A stretch of 64,000 nucleotides of DNA. Origin: Terriglobales bacterium. Lineage in GTDB: Bacteria > Acidobacteriota > Terriglobia > Terriglobales > Acidobacteriaceae. The notes under the pieces were generated by a model. The model was not told the origin of the DNA, did no database searches, and saw only the letters and a list, made by a program, of their open reading frames with translations. Below, piece after piece: positions 28,553 to 36,616 of the stretch (the first letter of the stretch is position 1; the number at the start of each line of letters is the position of its first letter). The DNA lies in contig JACPNP010000028.1 of NCBI GenBank assembly GCA_016185365.1, forward strand, positions 42,454 through 106,453. Reading direction: 5' to 3'. Made by a program: the position numbers and the translations under genes.

Positions 28553-29221
28553 TCACAGCGGAGACGGCGTCGCAGCCGTCTCCCCACGCCCCTTCACCCA
28601 TCCCACGCAGATCCCCGCTTGCGCCGTGTAGTACGTCAGCCAGATCAGCTCATGGCTGAATGGAAACGGCCCTGAGAAGCGCGCAACCCCCAGAAGCGCG
28701 TCCGACAGAACAAAGCTCAGCCCGCCCAGCGCGACCCAAGGGGTCCGCACAGGCGCCAGTTGCGCTGAGGCAGCCATCCCGGTCAACGCCAGAGAGTAGA
28801 CGACCACCGGCCACAACAGAAAATCAAGTTTCGGCCCGAGGAACGCGAGCATCGCGACCATCACTGCCGGCAGCGCCAGTGCAACAGCCTTGCGCCAGCC
28901 GGGCACGATCGCCAAGCCTTGATACCGCAATCCGAAGAATGCGATGTAGCAGAAGTGTGCCTGGAAGAACACCGCCATGCCCGCCATGAACAGAAAAAGC
29001 CGGGTCATGGGATCGAACGCAGGGAACGCCAGCACCGCATCGCCGACCGCACTGATGACCAGTGCCGTGGCCAGGAGCCGTTCGCGCTGTCGGAATGCCA
29101 GCGCGGCCAACAGCAGGATGGACGCGACCTTGACGCTGATCGCCGGCCACCCGGGAAACATCTGCCGCGCCAGAAGAAAGGCCATCGCGCAGGCGAAGGA
29201 AAGATTGATGAGGAGGCGCAC
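28553..29221 (-). CDS. YhhN-family (lysoplasmalogenase-like) membrane protein
   Basis: Polytopic membrane protein with SAVGDAVLA and LSFVLSDALL blocks typical of YhhN/TMEM86. The start is uncertain: GTG 29221, ATG 29185, or the ORF maximum 29344. Confidence 0.65.
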   Translation of the reverse strand: MRLLINLSFACAMAFLLARQMFPGWPAISVKVASILLLAALAFRQRERLLATALVISAVGDAVLAFPAFDPMTRLFLFMAGMAVFFQAHFCYIAFFGLRYQGLAIVPGWRKAVALALPAVMVAMLAFLGPKLDFLLWPVVVYSLALTGMAASAQLAPVRTPWVALGGLSFVLSDALLGVARFSGPFPFSHELIWLTYYTAQAGICVGWVKGRGETAATPSPL

Positions 29222-29346
29222 GACACCAGTGTAGCTGCCAGCCGCCAGATGCCAGCAACCAGTAAATTCAACATCAGGTTCTTCGGCGCATGAGACGCGC
29301 CTCAGAATGACACGACAACGAATAAATCGTCCCGGGCAAACCAAAG

Positions 29347-29364
29347 CCCCGCATCTCTGCGGGG
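29347..29364 (-). terminator. Candidate intrinsic terminator after the deoxyhypusine-synthase-like gene
   Basis: On the minus strand, CCCCGCAGAGATGCGGGG is followed by CTTTGGTTTG. A REP-like GGTTTTAGCCGCT motif sits next to it at 29372-29384. Confidence 0.45.
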
Positions 29365-29448
29365 CATGATCGGTTTTAGCCGCTAGCCTTTAGCTATTAG
29401 CTTCTAGCTCTTGCGATTGTTCTTGCCTTTGGTTTTCCTGACGACCGA

Positions 29449-30540
29449 CTACTTGCTCACAGCCGTCTCCGCATACCCTTCCGCCTTCAGCGCCATCGGC
29501 TTGGTGAAGATCGCGGCAAAATTGCGGGCCTTGCGGTTCTTCCACGTGCCTTTGTGATAGACGTACCCGGCGATGATGGGCAGAGTTGTCGTCAATTCGC
29601 CGAACACCATCTGCTCCATGGCGGTATCCACCTTGCCCCAGGAGTTGGCTTCCTTCAGCGTGGAACCGCTGAGGGCGCCGTCGCGTTCGTCGGCCACGGT
29701 GAGCTGCACGGCATACTTGTGCATCTCCACCTCATAACCCAGGAACTCGGCGCTGACCACGATGTCCTGCACAAAGTTCTTGGGGACGCCGCCGCCCAGC
29801 ATGAGCAGTCCGGTCACGCCCTGCTCGACCTTGATGGCGGTCAATTCGCGGAAATCGGCCACGCTGTCGATGGTGACGTATGGCCGGCCCGCGTTCATCG
29901 CTGCCACTTGATGGAACACCAGGCCGAACCCGGCCGAGCAGTCACTGAACGCCGGGCAGAAGATGGGCACGCCTTTGCGGTAGCACTCCAGTACGATGCT
30001 CTCTGCCTTCGGATGGTTCTTCTCCAGGTACTTGCCCATCTCATGGATGAACTCGCGGCTGGAGTACGCGCGCGCGCCGTTGGGCCGCGCCGCCAGTTCC
30101 TCGGCGATCTTATGCACAGTCTCATCGCAGAGGCGAAGCTCGTCCTCGTCGATGTAGGTGTCATAGATGCGGTCCACGTGGGCCTCGCGCAGGTCGTTGT
30201 CATTCACGAACTGCGTGCCCTGATAGTGCTTGAAGCCCAGGGCCTCGAAGAAGTCCTGGTCCACGATGTTGGCGCCGGTGGAGACGATGGCGTCCACCAT
30301 GTTGCAGCGCACCATGTCCAGGATCACGCCCTTCTGCCCGGCGGAGATCAGGCTGCCGGCCAGGGTCAGGATCACGCCGCAATCGGCGTCAGCCACCATG
30401 GTGTCCACGTATTTCGCGGCGGTGGCCAGGTTGCGCGCCTGGAAGGCGGTCCGTTCCATCATCTCCACCATGGGGATGACGTTGACCTTCTTGATGTCGT
30501 AATGCTCGACGGTGGTTTTGAGCAGGTTGTTCTTGTTCAT
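29449..30540 (-). CDS. Deoxyhypusine synthase family protein (bacterial DHS-like / homospermidine-synthase-like)
   Basis: MNKNNLLKTTVEHYDIKK...LAGSLISAG...STGANIVDQDFFEALG...GGGVPKNF. A GGAG lies 6 nt upstream of the ATG at 30540; the track start 30552 is an upstream in-frame ATG. Confidence 0.8.
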   Translation of the reverse strand: MNKNNLLKTTVEHYDIKKVNVIPMVEMMERTAFQARNLATAAKYVDTMVADADCGVILTLAGSLISAGQKGVILDMVRCNMVDAIVSTGANIVDQDFFEALGFKHYQGTQFVNDNDLREAHVDRIYDTYIDEDELRLCDETVHKIAEELAARPNGARAYSSREFIHEMGKYLEKNHPKAESIVLECYRKGVPIFCPAFSDCSAGFGLVFHQVAAMNAGRPYVTIDSVADFRELTAIKVEQGVTGLLMLGGGVPKNFVQDIVVSAEFLGYEVEMHKYAVQLTVADERDGALSGSTLKEANSWGKVDTAMEQMVFGELTTTLPIIAGYVYHKGTWKNRKARNFAAIFTKPMALKAEGYAETAVSK

Positions 30541-30661
30541 GTCGCACTCCAATTTCTTTATTGTGAGGGCTCCGCGCCAGGGGCGCTGCGCCCTCGCGTC
30601 CTAATCGGGCGGTACAGCCCGAACCGGACGCTCACCCTAGGATTGGGTCCCGGAGCGCCCT

Positions 30662-30689
30662 AAAAGGAAAAAGCCCCGGGGTCTCGGGG
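30662..30689 (-). terminator. Intrinsic terminator-like hairpin + U-tract inside the long region upstream of the DHS-like gene
   Basis: The minus strand reads GACCCCGAGACCCCGGGGCTTTTTCCTTTT. This is a CCCCG/CGGGG stem with a 6-nt loop followed by a T-rich run. Confidence 0.55.
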
Positions 30690-30918
30690 TCTACGGTAAG
30701 CAGACATTGTGTCCGCTCCCGCCATCGAACCCCGCCGTGGCTGAGTACTAATTTTACCCCAAATTACCGACAACCGAAATAAGGACAGCCTAGACGACAC
30801 AGGTGCATTCGTGGCGCCGAACGAGCATAGAACACTACCACTTAGCTTATCCGGGAAGATTAGTATGCGATCACAATACTTCATATTTGAGTTGTCACAA
30901 ATTACCCTACTATCGAGA

Positions 30919-31128
30919 CTAATTCCCGTATTCAATCTCCTCAATGTTGACCCAGCGCGTTTTCCTGCATCCCGGCTGCGGACATTGAACGAGTAATCGT
31001 CTCGGTGTTCGCCGAATTATAATGCCGGGCTTGTTCAAGAAAATACGCCTACCGCATGCTTTGCAACTTACCGTCTGATTTTCCGTGTTATTGACATTCT
31101 TCTCCGTCATACGAAAATGATGCACCAT
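30919..31128 (-). CDS. Small zinc-ribbon-like protein (69 aa), hypothetical
   Basis: Two Cys pairs are present (SCKACGRR ... VQCPQPGCRK). It lies in a roughly 40-45% GC islet. There is no other support. Confidence 0.35.
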   Translation of the reverse strand: MVHHFRMTEKNVNNTENQTVSCKACGRRIFLNKPGIIIRRTPRRLLVQCPQPGCRKTRWVNIEEIEYGN

Positions 31129-31225
31129 GAAAACCAGGATCGCAACGAGTTGGTATAACTATACGCAATGTTGTCAACACGCGCTGAGACAATGATCCGT
31201 TAAACCAACTTTGAACTTTTCGACT

Positions 31226-31594
31226 CTACTTCGTCAAAATCGCCAGTTTCTTTGCCAGTTCTTTCGCGGAAGCATTGAGCGCGCCCTTCCCGCTCCATCG
31301 GCCTGCGCGAACTACAGAGGCGACGAACTTTCCCTTCCGGTCAACCACTACCACCGCGGCCGAAGCACCGGATAGCGACGTTTCTTGAGCAATCAGCACA
31401 TTGTAGTCATACTCCTCGTCCAATTGAGCAGTCTTCCACACCAATCCATGTTGCGGAAAGACTTCCTTGCAACTGGCTACAAAGTCCGCGAGTCGACTCG
31501 AATCTCCTTGCACGACAATCCTGACTGTCCGATCAGGTGAAGCAAACGCACTCGATAGAAGGATGAGGGTGCACAGAACAAGAATTCTTTTCAT
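31226..31594 (-). CDS. Secreted hypothetical protein (122 aa)
   Basis: Signal peptide MKRILVLCTLILLSSAFA. It lies in the low-GC islet. I recognise no family. Confidence 0.5.
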   Translation of the reverse strand: MKRILVLCTLILLSSAFASPDRTVRIVVQGDSSRLADFVASCKEVFPQHGLVWKTAQLDEEYDYNVLIAQETSLSGASAAVVVVDRKGKFVASVVRAGRWSGKGALNASAKELAKKLAILTK

Positions 31595-31614
31595 CGAGAC
31601 ACCTCTTGATCTAG

Positions 31615-31692
31615 CTATTCATAATTGATCCCGTTATTCAAATCTCCATGTAACAACCGGTGGAACAACTGTTCGCCCGCTTCGCGCCGCAC
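31615..31692 (-). pseudogene. Orphan duplicate of the 3' end of the Rieske oxygenase gene
   Basis: 31634-31692 matches 32402-32460 at 53 of 59 nt and encodes VRREAGEQLFHRLLHGDLN followed by a different tail (NGINYE*). The two copies flank the IS200-like element. Confidence 0.7.
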
Positions 31693-31745
31693 GCCGGGCC
31701 TGCCACCCGGATGTTCTCCTGCAATCAACCACCGTGACAAACATT

Positions 31746-32372
31746 CAGGCCCGCAGGGCCGCAAGGTCAATAGCCCAGGCCGGAAGGCCTGGGTGCGGTG
31801 CAAGGAAAACAGTGAGCCCCGCCAGGGGCGACAGACCTAATCAAACACGTATTTCAGGTTGTATTCCACACCATGTTTGTCCAACAATGCGATGAATTCA
31901 TCTTCGAACGTCCGTCTGCGATGATGTTGTTCCTGAGTCTCAATGTATCGGCAAACGGCTGACACATTCGATGCGCTCACCGTGAACGCTCCGTATCCTT
32001 CCTGCCATCCGAACCGCCGGTCTTCTTCGCGCATCCACTTCGACGAATTGGCTTTCAAGATGTTGATCGCTTTTGCCGGGGCAAGGTCCGACGGCAACGA
32101 AGCCAGGATGTGGATGTGGTCAGCCATCCCGCCGATGGCATAGCATTTCATCTTGTGATTGCGCGCGATGGCGCTCAAATATTGATATAAGCGCTGCTGT
32201 TTCTCAGGTCGAATCAGCTTGATCCGTTGCCTTGTGCTCCAAACCAGATGGAAATAGCTACTGATGAACGAATGCGCCATGCTCTGTCGCCCCTCCGGGG
32301 CTCACGGAATTGTGGGCATTCTAACCCAGGCCTTCCGGCCTGGGCTATTGACCTTACGGCCCTGCGGGCCTG
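31746..32372. mobile_element. IS200/IS605-like Y1 transposase unit bounded by long imperfect inverted repeats
   Basis: 31746-31794 (CAGGCCCGCAGGGCCGCAAGGTCAATAGCCCAGGCCGGAAGGCCTGGGT) is the reverse complement of 32324-32372. Inner arms at 31812-31834 and 32284-32305 are also complementary. Each arm contains its own hairpin, CCCAGGCC-GGAA-GGCCTGGG. Confidence 0.8.
31837..32280 (-). CDS. tnpA: IS200/IS605-family Y1 (HUH) transposase TnpA / RAYT-like
   Basis: 147-aa ORF with YHLVWSTRQR, the HUH motif in ADHIHILASLP, and the catalytic Tyr block WQEGYGAFTVS. Confidence 0.85.
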   Translation of the reverse strand: MAHSFISSYFHLVWSTRQRIKLIRPEKQQRLYQYLSAIARNHKMKCYAIGGMADHIHILASLPSDLAPAKAINILKANSSKWMREEDRRFGWQEGYGAFTVSASNVSAVCRYIETQEQHHRRRTFEDEFIALLDKHGVEYNLKYVFD

Positions 32373-32383
32373 AAACAAAATAT

Positions 32384-33487
32384 TTAGGAATTGAGCGGCC
32401 GATTCAAATCCCCATGCAGCAACCGATGGAACAACTGTTCCCCCGCCTCGCGCCGCACGCTCAGCCGGCCGGCGCCGTACGCCTTTGAGTTCAGCCCCTT
32501 CTGCACGCTTTCGCAGATGGAGTGGTCCTCGTCCTGGATGCGCTCGCTCACGTCCATGCTGCGCTTGTTGCGCTCGGCCTCGTCGGTGTCGGCGAAGTAG
32601 AACTCGAAGATCACGCGCATCTTGTCGATACCCAGCGGGACCACCAGGTTCGTGTCCAGATAGCCCGCATACCAGTTGAGCATCAGGTTGGGATAGAGCC
32701 AGTAATAGAGCGCCTGGCCCTGGCGCACCGAGGCAGTCATGGCGTCGCCGCCGGCAGCGTCGATGGGGCTGGACTGCAGGCAAAAGCGCTCGAAGTTCTC
32801 GATGGTGTACTGCTTGTAATCCAGGATGCTGTTCAACCCCTTGTGCAGATGCGGCACGTGGTAGCCGCCGTCAAGGTAGTTGTCCACGAAGACCTTCCAA
32901 TTGCACTGCAGGTCGAATTCGCGGCGCTCGGCGAAATGCAGCGTGTCCAGCCGCAACGGGGCGATCTGCCCCACCAACGGCCCCAGGGATTGTTTGAGAG
33001 GCTCCGCCTTCTCATCCAGATTGACGAAGACGAACTTCTCCCACGTCTCCACCTTGAGCGGCACCAGGCCGTTCCTGGCGCAATCAAAGTCGCTCACGCC
33101 CTGGAACTCGGTGACGCTCTTCAGCTCGCCTTCGGTCGAGTAGCTCCATCCGTGATACGGGCAGCGGAACAGCTTGGCATTGCCGCAGGGGCGCGTCTCC
33201 ACCGCCGCCGCGTGGTGCCGGCAGACGTTATAGAACGCGCGCAGCACGCCATCCTTGCCGCGCACGACCACCAGCGGCTCGCCCGCGACCTCCGCGGTGA
33301 GAAAATCGCCCGGCTTCTCCACCTGCGCCGCCCGGCCCACCATCTGCCAGGTAGCGCCGAACACATGCTTGCGCTCCAGCTCGGCGATGCGCGTGTCCGT
33401 ATACCACGGGCCGGTGATGGTCTCCGCCCGCTCGATGGGAAGCGTTGGATCGTAGGAATCGAGGATCTGTTTTACGCTAAGTTCCAT
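32384..33487 (-). CDS. Rieske (2Fe-2S) non-haem-iron oxygenase alpha subunit (choline-monooxygenase / ring-hydroxylating oxygenase-like)
   Basis: 367-aa ORF. The Rieske motif is CRHHAAAV...CPYHGWSY, and the catalytic domain has NYLDGGYHVPHLH. Confidence 0.85.
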   Translation of the reverse strand: MELSVKQILDSYDPTLPIERAETITGPWYTDTRIAELERKHVFGATWQMVGRAAQVEKPGDFLTAEVAGEPLVVVRGKDGVLRAFYNVCRHHAAAVETRPCGNAKLFRCPYHGWSYSTEGELKSVTEFQGVSDFDCARNGLVPLKVETWEKFVFVNLDEKAEPLKQSLGPLVGQIAPLRLDTLHFAERREFDLQCNWKVFVDNYLDGGYHVPHLHKGLNSILDYKQYTIENFERFCLQSSPIDAAGGDAMTASVRQGQALYYWLYPNLMLNWYAGYLDTNLVVPLGIDKMRVIFEFYFADTDEAERNKRSMDVSERIQDEDHSICESVQKGLNSKAYGAGRLSVRREAGEQLFHRLLHGDLNRPLNS

Positions 33488-33517
33488 GATTGCCCTGAAA
33501 AATCTAATTCCAATGAC

Positions 33518-33567
33518 TTGTCATTCCGAGCGAGGGGCTTCAGCCCCGAGTCGAGGAATCCCTTTGT
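33518..33567. repeat. 50-bp REP-like hairpin repeat, copy 2
   Basis: TTGTCATTCCGAGCGAGGGGCTTCAGCCCCGAGTCGAGGAATCCCTTTGT lies between the GcvT-like stop and the Rieske oxygenase start. Confidence 0.85.
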
Positions 33568-33595
33568 CCAGCACCGCCGGATGCCAGCTGCAGAT

Positions 33596-34855
33596 CTACA
33601 CCGGTACCGCCGTCTTCTGCGGCGGATTGTAGAACGGCATCTCCACGATCCTAGCCCGCACGTTGTAGCGCACCGCTTCGATGGTCATCTCCATCTCCAC
33701 CGTGTTCCCCGTAGCGCTGTCGCCTGACTCGACCGTTGCCAGCGCGATCATCTTCTTCAGCGTGGGCGACCACGTGGTCGAGGTGGCGCGCCCCACCTGC
33801 CGTCCGCCGCGATACACCGGCACGGCCACGCGCGAGGCCGTGGCCGGTACCTGAGGCGCCAGCCCGACTTTGTCGTAGAGTTGCTCTACGTGCGTCCAAT
33901 CGACCTCCAGGCCGACCAGCTTGCGCTCCGGCCCACGCTGCGAATCCTCCAGCAGCGCTTTGCGCCCGATGAAGTGGTCTTTCTTCAGATGGACCAGCTT
34001 GCCCAGCCCGATCTCGTAGGGCGTGAATTTCTGCGCATCGATCAGCGCCTTCTTGCTGCTGTTGTAATCCACGTCGATCAGGATGAGCCCGGCCTCGATG
34101 CGGGCCACATCCAGCGCGAGCATGCCGGTGGCGTGGATATCGAACTCGCGTCCGGTGGTCATCAGCGCGTCCCAGACCTTCACCGCATCATTCCACGGGA
34201 TCCAGATCTCGTAGCCGAGGTCACCGGTGTAGCCGGTGCGGGAGATGTCCACGGGCACGCCCGCGATCTTGCCCGAGGTGAAGCGGAAGTACTTGAGGTT
34301 CGCGATGTCCGCTTCCGCCACCCGTTTCAGCAATCGGCCCGAGGTCGGTCCTTGCAACGCGAGCGCAGCCGTCTGTTCGGAGATATCTTCGATCTGCACA
34401 TCCAACCCGATCGAGTTCTGCTTGAACCAGCGCAAGCTGGGATCGGCCGCGGTCCAGCGATACTCGGTCTCGCCTAAACGCGAGATGGTGCCATCATCAA
34501 TGACCTTGCCCTGCTCGTCGCACCAGCAGCAGTAGATCACCTGCCCGACGCTCACTTTGGTGATGTCGCGGGTGATGATGCGGTTCACCAGCCGGCTGGC
34601 GTCCTTCCCGGTCACGTGATACTTGAAGAGCGGGGAGATGTCGATGAGCGCGCTGGCGTTGCGGATGGCGTTGTACTCATGCTCGTGATGCGTCTCATAG
34701 GCGCTCACGGTGTAGAACCCGGACCACTCACGGTAGTTCAGGCTCTGGCACAACGGGAACGTGCGTTCGTGGACTGCGGTTCCGATGGGCAAGCGGTGTC
34801 CCTCGTAAGGATCCGGAAGATGATGGGCCGGCACGAAAAAGGGTTGCGCCTTCAT
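33596..34855 (-). CDS. Aminomethyltransferase-family protein (GcvT-like, folate-dependent)
   Basis: 419-aa ORF with ALIDISPLFKY, ALQGP, SRTGYTGDLGYEIW and ARIEAG, blocks typical of the GcvT/DmdA/sarcosine-oxidase-type folate-binding fold. Confidence 0.8.
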   Translation of the reverse strand: MKAQPFFVPAHHLPDPYEGHRLPIGTAVHERTFPLCQSLNYREWSGFYTVSAYETHHEHEYNAIRNASALIDISPLFKYHVTGKDASRLVNRIITRDITKVSVGQVIYCCWCDEQGKVIDDGTISRLGETEYRWTAADPSLRWFKQNSIGLDVQIEDISEQTAALALQGPTSGRLLKRVAEADIANLKYFRFTSGKIAGVPVDISRTGYTGDLGYEIWIPWNDAVKVWDALMTTGREFDIHATGMLALDVARIEAGLILIDVDYNSSKKALIDAQKFTPYEIGLGKLVHLKKDHFIGRKALLEDSQRGPERKLVGLEVDWTHVEQLYDKVGLAPQVPATASRVAVPVYRGGRQVGRATSTTWSPTLKKMIALATVESGDSATGNTVEMEMTIEAVRYNVRARIVEMPFYNPPQKTAVPV

Positions 34856-34988
34856 CGTAACAAACCCGCCGCCGGAACAGAAGATAACGACCGCATAAGC
34901 GATGCAGACAAAACGCGCGCCGACTATTTAGAATGAAAGTTCTTCCTTTCCGCGCCCGGCTCCACAATCGCACGCGACCGCAGAGAAG

Positions 34989-36611
34989 GTGAACATGGGT
35001 TCCGGCCAGAACGGCTCGAAGCACGCGAAATACGACGCCATTATCATCGGCGGCGGACACAACGGCCTGGTCACAGCCGCCTATCTCGCCCGCGCCGGAA
35101 AACGCGTCCTCGTGCTGGAACGGCGCCACGTGCTTGGCGGCGCCGCCGTGACGGAGGAGATCTTTCCCGGCTTCAAATTCAGCGTCTGCTCCTATGTCGT
35201 CTCCCTGCTTCGCCCGGAGATCATCCGCGAACTGGACCTGCCCCGTCACGGGCTGGAGATCCTTCCGCTCGACGGCACCTTCACTCCCACAAACTCCGGC
35301 GACTATCTCTGGCGCGTGAATGACCACGCCATGACCCGGCGCAACATCTCGAAATTCTCCAAGGTCGACGCCGAGGCCTACGACGAATTCGGCAAGGCCA
35401 TGCTCAACATGTGCCGTTTCGCCAAGCCCATCCTGGGCATGACGCCGCCCGACCCGGCCACCTTCAACGTCAAGGAACTGATGAAGCTGCTGTTCGTGGG
35501 CAAGCGCTTCAAGCAGATGTCCTACGACGACCAGTACAACCAGGTGCAGCTGTTCACCATGAGCGCGATCGACTATCTCGACCAGTGGTTCGAGACTGAC
35601 ATCCTCAAGGCGACCATGTCCGCCAGCGGCATCATCGGCACGTTCCTGGGCGTGCGCTCGCCGGGCACCGCCTACGTGTTGCTGCATCACTACATGGGAG
35701 AGATCGACGGCGCTTTCCGTTCCTGGGGCTTCGCCCGCGGGGGCACCGGCGCCATCTCCAATGCCATCGCCGCGGCCGCGCGCGAGGCCGGCGTGGAGAT
35801 CCGCATCCAGTCCGGCATCACCAAGATCCTGACCAAGAATGGCAAGGCCGCCGGCGTGGTACTCCAGAACGGCGATGAGATCCTTGCGGACGTGGTCTCC
35901 TCCAGCGTGGACCCGCACATGACGTTCCTCAAGTTGCTGGAGGAGAACGAACTGCCGGGCGAATTCCTCGAAGAGGTCCGCCGCTACAAATTCCGAGGCT
36001 CCTCCGGCAAGGTGAATCTGGCCCTTGACGCGCTTCCCGATTTCAAGTGTCTGCCCGGTCCCGGCCCGCATCTGCGCGGCGCCGTCTCCATCTCGCCGAG
36101 CGTCGAATATATGGAACGCGCGTATGACGACGCCAAGTACGGCAACTATTCGCGCCGTCCGTACATTGACATGGTGATCCCCAGCCTCACCGATCCCTCG
36201 GTCGCGCCCGCCGGAAAGCATGTGATGTCCTGCTTCGTGCAATATGCGCCTTACAAACTCAAAGAAGGCACCTGGGACGAGAAAAAAGAGGCCTTTGGCG
36301 ACACGGTGATCGACACCATCAGCGAATATGCGCCCAATCTCAAGAGCATCATCCGCGGACGCCAGGTGGTGACGCCGCTCGACCTCGAGCGCGAATTTGG
36401 CCTGACCGAAGGCAACATCTTCCAGGGCGAACTCTCGCTCGAGCAGTTGTTCTTCCTGCGCCCGGTGCCGGGATGGTCGCAATATCGCACACCCATCAAG
36501 AATCTTTATATGTGCGGGTCGGCCACACATCCCGGCGGCGGCATCATGGGCGCGCCCGGTCGCCTGGCCGCGCTGGAGATCCTCAAAGACTGGAAGAGCG
36601 GGACCATCTGA
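34989..36611 (+). CDS. FAD-dependent oxidoreductase, phytoene-desaturase (CrtI)-like family, paralogue 1
   Basis: YDAIIIGGGHNGLVTAAYLARAGKRVLVLERRHVLGGAAVTEE is a Rossmann GxGxxG motif. The C-terminus is LYMCGSATHPGGGIMGAPG. The ATG at 34995, preceded by GAAGG, is an alternative start. Confidence 0.8.
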   Translation: MNMGSGQNGSKHAKYDAIIIGGGHNGLVTAAYLARAGKRVLVLERRHVLGGAAVTEEIFPGFKFSVCSYVVSLLRPEIIRELDLPRHGLEILPLDGTFTPTNSGDYLWRVNDHAMTRRNISKFSKVDAEAYDEFGKAMLNMCRFAKPILGMTPPDPATFNVKELMKLLFVGKRFKQMSYDDQYNQVQLFTMSAIDYLDQWFETDILKATMSASGIIGTFLGVRSPGTAYVLLHHYMGEIDGAFRSWGFARGGTGAISNAIAAAAREAGVEIRIQSGITKILTKNGKAAGVVLQNGDEILADVVSSSVDPHMTFLKLLEENELPGEFLEEVRRYKFRGSSGKVNLALDALPDFKCLPGPGPHLRGAVSISPSVEYMERAYDDAKYGNYSRRPYIDMVIPSLTDPSVAPAGKHVMSCFVQYAPYKLKEGTWDEKKEAFGDTVIDTISEYAPNLKSIIRGRQVVTPLDLEREFGLTEGNIFQGELSLEQLFFLRPVPGWSQYRTPIKNLYMCGSATHPGGGIMGAPGRLAALEILKDWKSGTI

Positions 36612-36616
36612 CCTTC

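Noticed and set aside
30781-30860. tRNA-like 5' half on the minus strand (TCCCGGATAAGCTAAGTGGTAGTG resembles an acceptor plus D-arm).
   Set aside because: No complementary acceptor 3' strand, no T-arm (no GTTCGAATC-like loop with a paired stem) and no foldable anticodon arm could be found.
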